A DNA stretch of 64,000 nt, taken from assembly GCA_964035545.1 (NCBI GenBank), contig OZ037771.1, positions 14,197,133 to 14,261,132 of the forward strand, in the 5' to 3' direction. Shown here in pieces: positions 17,598-28,631 of the stretch. Under the pieces are notes generated by a model. That model worked only from the letters and a program-made list of their open reading frames with translations, searched no databases and was not told the DNA's origin. Origin of the DNA: Bugula neritina. Its lineage: Eukaryota; Animalia; Bryozoa. The number at the start of each line of letters is the position of its first letter. The first letter of the stretch is position 1. The position numbers and the translations under genes are program-made.

Positions 17598-17949
17598 GGG
17601 CCACACAACACGTTTTACACATGCATGTTTGATCTAATTGACTGATTATCATTCAGCGAGCACATTCTTTTAATTTCAATTCACAGTTTAGCTTTTAGCG
17701 AGCTGAGTTAAAACAGTTTCATACAATTTGCATTTCCGCTTTTATAATATCTAAATATCTAAATATCTATAAAGCCACTTTGCCGATGACGTAATTTTAA
17801 AAACAAACGTCTGTAGGCAAGCAGTAAAGTTTAACGCTAACATCATTTGCTAATAAATTTTTGCACTCGCAACACACACACTGTGTGTGGCAGGTCACTA
17901 GCGTATATTCTCACACGTCATGAACGTGTAAAAATGCGTCTTGTGGCCC
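17598..17949. mobile_element. MITE with GGGCCACA termini, flanked by TA
   Basis: ta|gggccacacaacacgttttacacatgcatg ... catgaacgtgtaaaaatgcgtcttgtggccc|ta. Confidence 0.75.
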
Positions 17950-18849
17950 TACACTTAACATTCAACAGCAATAATTGGAATAGTATGTATTTGCATATAT
18001 ATATTTAGAATGTTTCTCATTGGTCACAAGTATTAGTATAAGCTGGTACATTATTGGGACCATTTTAGCAGACAACTCCCACCCATTATTCCTGATAAAC
18101 AACGAAATTGTCCACTCATAACAGAACAAACATTCACGGGTATCATGTGACCAGTTTACTACGTAGTGTATATTATTTGGATTTACCTGAATCCTTGTGG
18201 ATAGAGTCGTGAAGTTTCATTCAGACAGTAATTGAGGTATTCAGCTTGAGTCAACTGCTCTGGAGTTATCTCCTCCGTGTCAAATTTTGTCTTAATCTCC
18301 TCGTACAACTAGAAAGGAAGTTGTCTTACTATTGTACATATACATGTGCACCTGGCGTAAAATACCAACACAATCTCTTATTAAACATAATATTCTGTCA
18401 AGGGATAATAAAACAAAAATTTTAATAATTGTATTTATTTTGCTCTGAATTATTTTATTAATGAATTAATTAATTACTACTTTTTGGTGAACCTGAGGGT
18501 GAAATTTTTAATTGAAATTAATTTATAGAGATACTAATGTTGTTCAAGATCTTTACCACAAAAGTAGATCTAGTATAAAATTATACAGAATGCTCAACCT
18601 TTCCAATCGCTAATAGTGTCAAAAAAAATTAACCAATCACCAACCAACACTGCTGAGTGTCAAATTTTACCTTCTGCTGAATGTCAGGGTGAAGCGCTAA
18701 CTCGTAGAAGAGGAATGATAAAGTATCGGCAGTTGTTTGGAAACCTGCCAAGAGAAAGAGCAGAGCGCTTCCTATGAATTCCTTCTCAGTTAGTCCTGAA
18801 ATTACAGGATCAAGTTTTTAAAGTCAAGTAATACAATATGTTATTACAT

Positions 18850-19040
18850 GAAACAGCTGTGGTCTAGAAGTTGGAGCACAGGCTTAGTAAGCACCAGTCA
18901 TGGGTTTGATTCCCAGTAAAGGCCATTGGTGATGTTAGAAAGGACATTTAGTTATAAATGCTTCTGTGCCACATATAAATAAGTCCTTAGTCCACTTGAA
19001 AAAACTTTTTTCACCAGTGGTTCTCCATAAACCCATGTTA
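18850..19040 (+). mobile_element. tRNA-derived SINE, family A (diverged copy)
   Basis: gggtttgattcccagtaaaggccattggtgatgttagaaaggacattt core shared with the other copies. Confidence 0.6.
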
Positions 19041-20479
19041 GTATTTTGTATAGTAAGCTATTTATAGATTGGCTTATATCTAAAACATGGCAAGCGCACA
19101 TCTAATTATCCATTAAAGAATTGTTCTTGAACAATTATTTTATGATTTGCATTTTTAAAGTAACTTCTTACCATCCTTAGTCCAATGTAGCCCTAGAGAG
19201 TCTGTCAAAGTATGCGGGTGTCCAGCTGGCGCCTCCACTATGTTGTCGGCTAAAGTTTGTACAAAATCATTACTCGAATCTCCCCCTCTCTCTCTTCGAC
19301 TCTCGATTACTGATTTACATAGATTCTCAAAGTGTGCCAGTGACTCTGTATTGGTTACTGTCAGAATCCTGAGTTCTGCGTAACGACTTATCTTTCGAAT
19401 TAGCCAGGCAGGCACGATCACTAAAACAACAACGAGACAGTTTAACTTTGTCAAATTCTTATATGTTTTATGCAAATCAATTGTAATACTGCTGTTGAAA
19501 AATTTGAACGATAATTAACAGAAATATTTTAGCATCAGTAAACTATTTTAATGAATCAAACTGATTAAATGAAATACAGTTAACTGTCTTGCATTAAGCG
19601 GAGCATAAATTTGAAAGCATTACTTCAATTATTGCAAAATATACCTAAAATAGTACCAAAAGAAATCAATAATTTCATAAATTTGTTGCTGTTATGTATC
19701 ATTTACTTGATCAAGAAAAAGCATTTCCTTACAGAAGATGACCGTAGCAATAGCCAATCGGATTTGTTCTTTTAGATTTGTATTAAAGCCTTCTCCATTT
19801 ATTATCCGTACAGCATTCAAAGCAAACTGACTGTTTTCATTTGTCTGGGCATCACTTTCCAAACGAAAAGCTGTTCTGGAAATGACGTCCAGAGTGAGAC
19901 GATCTACTTTTCTACACAGTATACAAATATTGCACGTATATATATTATTTTAAGTAATATAAGCATAATAATGCCATTTTCGTACTTTTTTTATACATTT
20001 CTGACATATTGTAGGCACATCAAAGTTAAACTGCATGTATTAATTGAAAGTTGTTAGATTCAACATAAAAATGCAGATGGTAAAGGCAAAATTTTAACAA
20101 ATTTAATACATTATTGACTATTAAAAAATTATTTTATCTTTTAAAAATATTTTGCAAATCCTTTAACAGTTCATTACTTTTCAAAAAGTTTTCCAAAGTT
20201 TATTATTGACCAAAGTCTTTTTGGCTGACATGTTTTAGGAGTTGTTACCCCAATCAAGTAGCAACATATATCTTATTACATTTGCTTACCTTCTTATGTT
20301 AACTTCTTTTTCTTTGTCATTAGTTCTAAGATTCACAAATGCCTTTATTGCTTTCTGTATTTCTGGCATCATCTAAAAATAGCAAAATATGCAAGCTGCA
20401 ATCTGATTGGCTGCTCAATATATATCATGTTGTTCATTTGTTACAATATATCTTGCATTATGTGAGAGTATATAAAAGC

Positions 20480-21062
20480 AGGGAGCAGCCTTGGTCTAGG
20501 GGTTAGAGGTCAGGGAGCAGCCATGGTCTAAGCCTAAGGCTACACTGTGCGTACGTATGCAAAAATTGAAATCACAAGTAGCAAAGGTGTCCACTGTACG
20601 CGTTGGGAAAACATTCGCACTTGTCGCTCAGCATTCTCAACGCAAGTGCAAATTGTCTCTGTCGTCGCCACCTAATTGGCTGGTAGTTATTCAGCAAGCC
20701 CAATTTCTTTATTTTAGTGCTACATTCCAGTAAATTGCGTTTTATTGAAAGCGAGTGCGTTTTAAAAATGAAAGCTCTATTTATCACGCATCACTGACAC
20801 TACAGTGGACACCTTTGCTACTTGTGATTTCAATTTTCGCATGCGAAAATACGCACCGTGTGGCCCTAGGTTAAGGGTTAGAGTATTTGCCTAGTAAACA
20901 CGAAGTCACGGGTTCAAAACCCAGTAAAGGTCATTGGAGATGGTAAAAAGAGCATCCAGTCATAATAGCTCCAGTGTCTCATGTGAATAAGTTCTTAGCC
21001 AGCTTTAAAAAACTCTTGCTATTAGGGGGGGGAAGGTTCTCACAAGGATAGTGACCATAGAC
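20480..21062 (+). mobile_element. tRNA-derived SINE, family A, with a duplicated head and interrupted by a MITE
   Basis: agggagcagcc(t/a)tggtcta occurs twice; the SINE resumes after 20868 with ggttagagtatttgcctagtaaacac..gggttcaaaacccagtaaagg. Confidence 0.7.
20537..20866. mobile_element. MITE with TIRs of about 65-70 bp and a TA target duplication
   Basis: ta|aggctacactgtgcgta..aaattgaaatcacaagtagcaaaggtgtccactgta pairs with tacagtggacacctttgctacttgtgatttcaattt..tacgcaccgtgtggccc|ta. Confidence 0.9.
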
Positions 21063-22906
21063 TTAGAGTTGAGTGAGTTTTATATATGAGCTATAAAAGC
21101 TCTATAAATTATTTGTTGTGATTTATAACTATTTATAACTCGCAAGTAATGTATCTATAACCTTAAGAATTACAACTACTTTTAGTATATAGCAACAGCC
21201 ATTGACTTTATTATCTAGATCATTATGAATTCAAAAGTAAACAAAGCTTGAAATATGAAAAGAAAATGCAAAAATTATTTGTTTAGAAAAAAACTAACCT
21301 TTTTAAGTTTTCCTGAAGAAAATTCAGGAGTGAGGGTTTTTCAGGTGTGTTTCCAATGGTCCCCTTCTAAAGAGAAGAGTCCAGAGTCTAAGGCGCGTCC
21401 TAAGGCTAACTGTCTTCTGTCAGTGAAGATAGAAAAGTTTTTAACGAATGCCTCCTTTATCCATTCTCCGTCGTACACCATCATCAATGGTAACACTCCT
21501 TCATAAGTTCTGGAAAGAGAATTGTTATAGTTACATGAACATTTTTATTGTCTGCTGTTTTAAATACAAATACCTAATAATATTACTGATACCTAAATTA
21601 ACTGCATGAAAAACTATTTTTGATTTATCAATTTCAAATTGAAAGCTATAAAATCACACAATGTATTTCTGAAAATATAATACCTTGTTTTAAAAATACA
21701 TAACATATTCTGTAGTGACTGTTTTTACAGACAAAAATTTAAATTTGGATAACTTTTAAAACCATTTCAAATTGAAAGCACTTTTAAAAGTGGAAGCATT
21801 CACTTTTTTATTGATCCTGGAATAACTGCTGCTTAAGATGTGCAACTATAAAAATCGATTTCAAAAGTATTTCTGGCCTAAAAACTAGATATTTTCCTTG
21901 AACATTTTTGGTTAGAGTTATAATCTGCATTCCAAGTTAATGGAAAGATATGAGAGAATAAGCATTGACCTCACTAGTTGCTACCCATAAGGACACTTTG
22001 TGTAGAATTGGATTTTTATACAACGAATAATGCATAGGCACTATATAGTTGTACTACAACCAATTTAGATAGATTAATGTGTGTTTTAAACTTTAAAGAA
22101 AATAAACAAATAACAAAAATTTATACTCACCCAACAAACCTGCCATATTTTTTAAACATTTTCATATCACCTGCCATCAAGTGCTATAAAGAATACATTA
22201 TGTAATATGTTACTATATGTGTATACATAACCTTTTTAATATAGATAACATGCAACTTCTTCTGACAAAAATAGTTTATGAATGTTGACTACTCCGCTGC
22301 AGTTGGTAAACATTTTGTTAATATTGCTGGCCACATTAATAAAATACCACTAATTTTCATTACAGTCTGTTTGTCCGGGTGCTAGAACATAATATTTGGA
22401 AAATAAAATTTAGGTCAGTCTGCATTTTTTAAAGCTCACCTATTGGCTTAGGGAGAGAATATAACTCTATATTCCAATATTCAAGTTGGGGAGGAATTAG
22501 CATTAATATCTCAACTTAGTACTACAGATCAATTGTTAACTTGAAATACCTGGCCTAATTTATTGTTTTATAATGGCAAGGGAGAGGACAACTCTACTGT
22601 ATACTAATATATTATATACACTGTATAGTGTATATAATATATTGTGTGTATACTTATATATTATATACACTGTATAGTGTATATAATATATTGTGTGTAT
22701 ACTAATATATCATGTTTGTTTGTTTGTTTGTTTGTTTTTTATTTTGTCATAGTCGGGAAAAAATTAATTGAGAAAATAATAAACAAAATGACAGGGCCTA
22801 TGGCGCAATAGCACTGTAGCTAGTCGGGGCACCGAGCCATGAATGGTTGACAGTTATATAAGATTTTTGTTTAGGTTTTTGGAAGTTTTAGCAACTTAAA
22901 AAAGTA

Positions 22907-25816
22907 TTATTTTTTTATCTGGAAATTTGCCATTAGATGGTCTCTCAGGGCAAGTTTGAAACCAGCCTCCCTCTCCACAGCACGAATAGAACTAGGCAAT
23001 TTATTCCATAGCGACGAACATTGGAATTCCACTCTTCGTTGACCTGCAGCAGTTGATGATGGAGGAGTTTGTAGGCTGAACTCTGAAAATCTTGTGGGAT
23101 AGTTATGTGTGAGATGTGTTAGTTGAGAATAGTAAAGTTTATGTGAGAGCAGTATTAATTTGAATTTGTGTAGAGTGTGAATAGGCATGATTGAAGAACT
23201 AAGAAACAGTGGTTTAGATGGGGAAAGGTGATGCTTTTTATATATAATTCTCAGTATTTTCTTTTGCAGTAAATGTAGTGGTTCAAGATAAATGTTTGCT
23301 GCATTACCCCACGATTCTAGGCAATATGTTAATTTAGAATTTACAAAAGAGTTATATATTTGTATTAGAATTTTTCTAGGTAGGTGATTGGAACATTTAC
23401 TTATCAAGCCTACTAAGGGCCTTAGGTTTTGACAAAGTTTGCTGCAATGTTGTTGCCAAGAAAGATGTGAATCTATTATAATACCTAAGAAGGTAGTTGA
23501 TTTTACTTCCACTAATTTTTTGTTAAACATTTCTAAGGCAAAGCCATTTAAATCTTGTTTATTTTGCGCTGTTTTGATTATCATATAGTTTGTTTTACTC
23601 ATATTTACAGTTAATTTATTTTTATTGCACCAATTTTCAATTTTCTTTAATTCACAGTTTATGACGTCCATATTGTTTAATAGATTTTTTGATTCAAAGA
23701 AGAGGTTCGTATCATCGGCAAATAATATAGGGTCTAAATGCATAGTTACATCTGGAAGATCATTTATATAAATTAGGAATAGTGTGGGACCAAGTATGGA
23801 TCCTTGTGGTACTCCACATGTGATATGAATAAAGTCAGAATATGTGTTGTTAATAATAGTAGACTGTTGACGATTGGACAGATAATTTTTAATTAGCTTC
23901 ACACTGTGACTTGAAAAGTGGAGCATTTTTAATTTAGCTAATAAGATTTCATGATTTATTGTGTCAAAGGCCTTACTAAAATCGAGGAAAATTCCAGCTA
24001 CAGAATTACCATTGTTCATGGCATTTAAAACCTTATTTGTTAGATTAATTAAGGCAATATTTGTGTTTCTATTTCGTCTAAAGCCGTACTGCTTATCAGT
24101 TAAATAATTTTTGCTTTCTAGAAAATCTACTATTTGCTTATTTAAAATCTTTTCAGCTATCTTACTGAAAACAGGTAGTATAGAAATTGGGCGGTAATTA
24201 CTTACATCAGTAGCTATGCCTTTTTTGTGTAGAGGAACAACTTTAGCTTTTTTTAGTTCATTTGGAAAAGCGCCATCATTGATAATTGTGTTTATAATGT
24301 AAGCTAAAGGCTTTGAAAGATGAGATGCAGATATTTTTATTAGGTTGGTGGGAGCTAAATCTAATCCTGCAGCTTTGGCTGGGTTTACATCTTTAAGTAA
24401 GCTTTCAATGACTGTGCTTTCAATATTTGTAAAGCTAAACTGTTCATCAAGTTTTTTATCTGACTTCTGAGCTGTAAAATCAAAATTGTCGTCAGTGAAT
24501 TTCTTTGATAACGTTGTTCCTATGGAAGTAAAGTATTTATTAAAACTGTTTGCTATGTCCTTATTTTCAGTTAGTGTAATATTTTCAGATGTTAAACTTT
24601 TAGGAGCATTTAATCTCTTTGATCGATTTTTTCCTAGATGTTCGTTTATGACTTTCCAACATTTACTAGAATCTGAAGTATTTTTAAAAAAAGATTCAAA
24701 ATATAAAGTCTTGGATCTACGCAAATTCTTCGTAACTAAATTTTTTAGAGTTTTATGTTTAAATTTAAGTTTCAAGTTTAGAGGGGAATTTAAGGATTGT
24801 CTATAAACATAATCCCTTTTGTTCATCAGCTCAATTAATTCAACACTAATCCAGGGTCTTTTATTTGTTTTAAGTTTGCGTGGCCAATTTGTTGAGAATT
24901 TTACTAATGGAGCATGTTTATTGCATAAATCCATAAATATTTTAAAGAAACTGTCATACCTAGAATTCACATCTTTCTTGGCATATACTTTGGAGTTCCA
25001 GTCTACTTTAGAAAGATCTTTCAAAAATAGTTCTTCATTTATTTTCTTATAATTTCTAATGTTTGTAGATTTAGTTATATTAAAATAGTTAGTTAAATTT
25101 TCTATTTTGATAAAAGTAGGCAAGTGATCTGCTATGCTTGTTGTTATTGTTCCAGATGTTAAGAATTTATCATAAAAATTAACATTTATATGATCTAAGC
25201 AAGAATTGTATCGTGTAGGAATCTGAATTGAATTTATAAAATGAGAGCAGGATAGGATGTTGAGGTAAGATGTACTCACAGGATCGGATTTAAGAGTGTC
25301 GATATTGATATCACCTAGTATGACATGATGTGGAAAATTAGAAGAACTGATGTACTGCTCCAGGTCAGAGAGAAAAGCTCCAATGTCCGCCGATGGTTGC
25401 CTGTAAATGATTGTGAGGTGAAGACCACTCCTAAAGCACCCAAAGAGACCACCCTTTAGCTCCAAATGTAAAGATTCACTGCCTGCAAAAAGTGCTCGAC
25501 TTTCCTTGACTTCAGCCACAGCACTACTGCGCACATAGGCCCCGACACCACCTCCTTTACTCTGTCTCTGCTTACCTATAAAAACATAATCATTTATGGG
25601 AAAATTATGTACTTCATTATCATAAAGAAAACTTTCAGTAATACAAACAACATCAAAAGGTTTAGGAACACTAAACATAAATGTTTCTAGGGAATCAAAA
25701 TTTTTACGAAGGCTTTGTACATTAACATTCAAAATAGTAAGAGAATTGGAATTATTTTTTATATTATTTCTAAACTGTTCTGGCGTGTATTGATCACAGT
25801 TTAGGTGTGCTTCCAT
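22907..25816 (-). CDS. LINE ORF2: APE endonuclease plus reverse transcriptase, 969 aa
   Basis: Endonuclease motifs NVQSL, ITES, GGGV, GDIN, LDH and DH. RT motifs YRPISIL, QYGFR, FLDFSKAFD, GVPQGSILGP, FADD and FLG. Confidence 0.97.
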   Translation of the reverse strand: MEAHLNCDQYTPEQFRNNIKNNSNSLTILNVNVQSLRKNFDSLETFMFSVPKPFDVVCITESFLYDNEVHNFPINDYVFIGKQRQSKGGGVGAYVRSSAVAEVKESRALFAGSESLHLELKGGLFGCFRSGLHLTIIYRQPSADIGAFLSDLEQYISSSNFPHHVILGDINIDTLKSDPVSTSYLNILSCSHFINSIQIPTRYNSCLDHINVNFYDKFLTSGTITTSIADHLPTFIKIENLTNYFNITKSTNIRNYKKINEELFLKDLSKVDWNSKVYAKKDVNSRYDSFFKIFMDLCNKHAPLVKFSTNWPRKLKTNKRPWISVELIELMNKRDYVYRQSLNSPLNLKLKFKHKTLKNLVTKNLRRSKTLYFESFFKNTSDSSKCWKVINEHLGKNRSKRLNAPKSLTSENITLTENKDIANSFNKYFTSIGTTLSKKFTDDNFDFTAQKSDKKLDEQFSFTNIESTVIESLLKDVNPAKAAGLDLAPTNLIKISASHLSKPLAYIINTIINDGAFPNELKKAKVVPLHKKGIATDVSNYRPISILPVFSKIAEKILNKQIVDFLESKNYLTDKQYGFRRNRNTNIALINLTNKVLNAMNNGNSVAGIFLDFSKAFDTINHEILLAKLKMLHFSSHSVKLIKNYLSNRQQSTIINNTYSDFIHITCGVPQGSILGPTLFLIYINDLPDVTMHLDPILFADDTNLFFESKNLLNNMDVINCELKKIENWCNKNKLTVNMSKTNYMIIKTAQNKQDLNGFALEMFNKKLVEVKSTTFLGIIIDSHLSWQQHCSKLCQNLRPLVGLISKCSNHLPRKILIQIYNSFVNSKLTYCLESWGNAANIYLEPLHLLQKKILRIIYKKHHLSPSKPLFLSSSIMPIHTLHKFKLILLSHKLYYSQLTHLTHNYPTRFSEFSLQTPPSSTAAGQRRVEFQCSSLWNKLPSSIRAVEREAGFKLALRDHLMANFQIKK

Positions 25817-25878
25817 GAATTTGAAAAAAAATATAGTTACAGAAATTAAAAATCAGAGGATATGGAGTAATCATGTGT

Positions 25879-26589
25879 TTAAGCGAGGTCATCTAAATCA
25901 TCTGTCGAATTGATCTGTATTGCATTACTATCACTGTCTTTCCTTAGGAAGATTCTTTGGTTTGATGTCCATGCAAAACGGTATTTATGTTCTTTTTTGA
26001 ACATGCGAGTCTCATGAAAAAGAGCAGCTTGAGGTTTGCTCAGCACTTCATTTATGTAGAGCTTAGAGTTGTCTTTAAAACCTAAGTCTGTTGCATTTAG
26101 AGGGTTTTTTCTAAATGATCCAAAGAACTTGTCACGTTTATGAGCGTGAATAAATTTAATTATAACTTTGTCAGATGTCTTGACTCTAAAAATTGAGTCT
26201 ATGTCATGGTAGGGTTGAAGTTCGCATTTTAGTTTTTCACTCATAACTTTCATGGCATGTAATAAGTTCTCTCCAGATTTTTGTGGTATTCCATTTAATG
26301 TCAACTGTTTTTTACGATCTTGGAATTCTAGTTGATCCACACGGTCTTTCACATCTGGAAAATCTTTTAGGAAACACTTCATTTCATTTCTTAGTAACTT
26401 GATATCATCAAATTCTTTGCTCAAAAATTTGCAGGTTTTAATTACTTCAGCCTGTTCAATTTCTACTTTCTTCAACCTACTATCAAAGTCATTTAGTCTT
26501 GCTAAGATCTGATCTAACTTTCCATGGATAGATGAATCGGGTGTAGATTCACTAGTTGAACTAGTGGCTGATTTAGCTCTACGAACCAT
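25879..26589 (-). CDS. LINE ORF1: coiled coil, RRM-like region and C-terminal domain, 236 aa
   Basis: Heptad region followed by RKKQLTLNGIP, IIKF, LYINEVL and KYRFAWTSNQRIFLRK, typical of ORF1p in this LINE group. Confidence 0.88.
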   Translation of the reverse strand: MVRRAKSATSSTSESTPDSSIHGKLDQILARLNDFDSRLKKVEIEQAEVIKTCKFLSKEFDDIKLLRNEMKCFLKDFPDVKDRVDQLEFQDRKKQLTLNGIPQKSGENLLHAMKVMSEKLKCELQPYHDIDSIFRVKTSDKVIIKFIHAHKRDKFFGSFRKNPLNATDLGFKDNSKLYINEVLSKPQAALFHETRMFKKEHKYRFAWTSNQRIFLRKDSDSNAIQINSTDDLDDLA

Positions 26590-27419
26590 GATTCAAGATA
26601 ACGATTTTATAGATATCACTGTCCCTATCCAGCTAGTTATGTAGTATGAAGGCAATATATAATCCACTGTTCACAGAAATAGCTTTTCTAAGCTTTATCC
26701 AGAGAGCAATGTAAAACACAACCTGTTCTGTTGAAAGCCAACTGCCAACTGTGTATGTGTACTATATACTAATATATCATGTGTACTGTACACTAATCCA
26801 TTGTGTATAGTTGTATTGTAGCAGGCTTTACAATGCACAAAAGCAAATAAACATAGAATAATATAGTTCATACAGACCTATGTTAGCATGCACGGTGCTA
26901 CTAGCTTACATTTCCGTAAAGTTCCATTGCAGTGCCAATGAAAGGCCATGGCTTTGGGCCAGGAATACCAGATCTGTTAAAGTGGCTGTAAGTGTGGTGG
27001 TTGTATCTACAATTACCATTTAGTGTTACCAACCTCTAACATCAGCATACGGTAGTTATAGTAGCACCACCAGGTGAAACCAGAATGTGATGTCTCCATT
27101 GTGCTAAGAGTGAGTGTGTTTTAAATATATCTATCAAACAAGATAATTATATACCAACACTTTCATAGTTCCTTTAGCACACAACCAATATAACCGTATA
27201 TGTAATAGTATATAGTATTAGTATATAATATTGTTCAAGGCAAGCATTTGGCCTTAAAAAGTAGGAAATGGTGGCGCTCACACACTTAGAGCTAAAAACT
27301 ACAGAGTACTTTATAGTATTACTTAGATGTAAAGTACCAGTACTAGTACTAGTAGTATACTAATTGCACTAGTACTATAGTAGTATACTAAGTACTAGTA
27401 GCAGAGTTTAGAATAATAA

Positions 27420-27605
27420 CACTATACCTACTACTGCTACTACTACTACTACTACCACTACCACTACTATAATTACTGTCACTGTTACTACTACCCCTAT
27501 ACCCCTCCCCCTCCCTTTCCCCCTCCCCCTACCCCTACCCCTACCCCTACCCCTACCACTGTTACCACTGCCACCACTGCTACCACTGCTACTACTGTAC
27601 TACTG
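27420..27605. repeat. Compound (ACT)n/(CCCTAC)n/(ACCACT)n simple repeat in CYP intron 1
   Basis: Direct reading. Confidence 0.85.
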
Positions 27606-28631
27606 ATAGTAATATAGTATCCTATTCACTACTACTATAGAGTACAGAGTAATACTTACAGATAGAGTAGTACTACTAGTAGTATAAAGAGAATCACCCA
27701 TAAAGGAATGTCAAATCCTCCCACTGTTATCATATTGACTTCAACTTCTTGTTCAAGCTGCAGACGACTAGTAGTATCGTATAGAAATACAGCGAGTTAA
27801 GCTACAGACGACTATAACTTCATACCATACCCATACCATACCATAGCTATCATCAACTCAGAGTGATTTATGATTAACTTTAACCCTTTGCATGACCACT
27901 CCAGGCACTTTATCACGGAGGCAGATAACAGGCTTTCGATATCACTGTAAGTAAATAGACAGGTTTACAGCCTCAATAAATAGCCTATTGGAGATTAAAG
28001 TTTGCCCAATGAGTTTAGTTGACTATATTGCTATTGATATCCTTTTAGATAGAAGTTTAGCTGTCTGGAGTATATAAAAGCTGGTAGGTAGCTCTACATA
28101 TAATATATGCAAGCGTAATGACATGCTAAAAGCAGCACCGAGCTGGGAGCCACCGAGTGCAGAGCTTGTATATACTTTGTACATTTTTTGCTTAATTTAC
28201 CTTGCTGGCAAAATTCGTGTGATGCTTATGCCATACATACTACATATTACATGTTACATTATATTTTATATTACATGTTATATTACATATATTACATGTT
28301 ATATTACATATATTACATGTTATATTACATGTTATTTCACATATATTAAATGTTATATTAAATATTGCTTCACATCTATACCCAGTAAATTTCAAAAAAT
28401 TGTAAGAATATTTTATCTAGCTATATCTTGAAACCTACATTTTCTACTTGGTTGCTTGTGCAGTGAAAGCAAGTTATTAGAATTTATTTGCAAAGCTCTA
28501 AGATTACAGGCTGGGAATAACCAGCTGATAAACTCTGCATAAATTGATACTAAGTTACACGCAGCACCTTTCTCTTGTAATGCTAGACATACAGTGTATA
28601 GGAAGGGTCAGCTAATAGTTTGCATTTAGTC

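Larger units (their letters stand above)
22713..26749 (-). mobile_element. Apparently full-length non-LTR retrotransposon (CR1/L2 group) in CYP intron 2
   Basis: Two uninterrupted ORFs, short UTRs and a 3' (AAAC)n tail at 22713-22738, inserted in an AT-rich minisatellite. The 5' boundary is approximate and no clear TSD was found. Confidence 0.9.
15358..27733 (-). pseudogene. Cytochrome P450, clan 3 (CYP3-like), 12 coding exons, about 523 codons, one in-frame nonsense codon (pseudogene or null allele)
   Basis: Exons (-) 27733-27660, 27006-26910, 22183-22131, 21509-21299, 20372-20290, 19911-19733, 19420-19172, 18795-18671, 18308-18187, 17383-17246, 16250-16088 and 15435-15358, all phase-consistent. 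Motifs: TM anchor, GIPGPKPWPFIG, FSSGKLK, I-helix LAGFQTT, K-helix ETSR, FDPDRF and heme motif FGIGNRKCIG. TGA at 21343-21341 in WKHT*K. Confidence 0.9.

Noticed and set aside
21341-21343. TGA as selenocysteine or programmed readthrough
   Set aside because: The position is the conserved Arg of WxxxR, not a Cys or redox site. CGA>TGA is the simpler explanation and no SECIS was identified.
24486-25052. Plus-strand ORFs within the LINE, and antisense ORFs within the Gypsy elements (e.g. 800-1204, 31915-32286, 35337-35723)
   Set aside because: Shadow ORFs opposite real coding sequence, with no motifs of their own.
27036-27099. Alternative CYP first exon starting METSHSGFTWW
   Set aside because: The exon at 27733-27660 provides the canonical hydrophobic anchor and the correct phase-2 junction.
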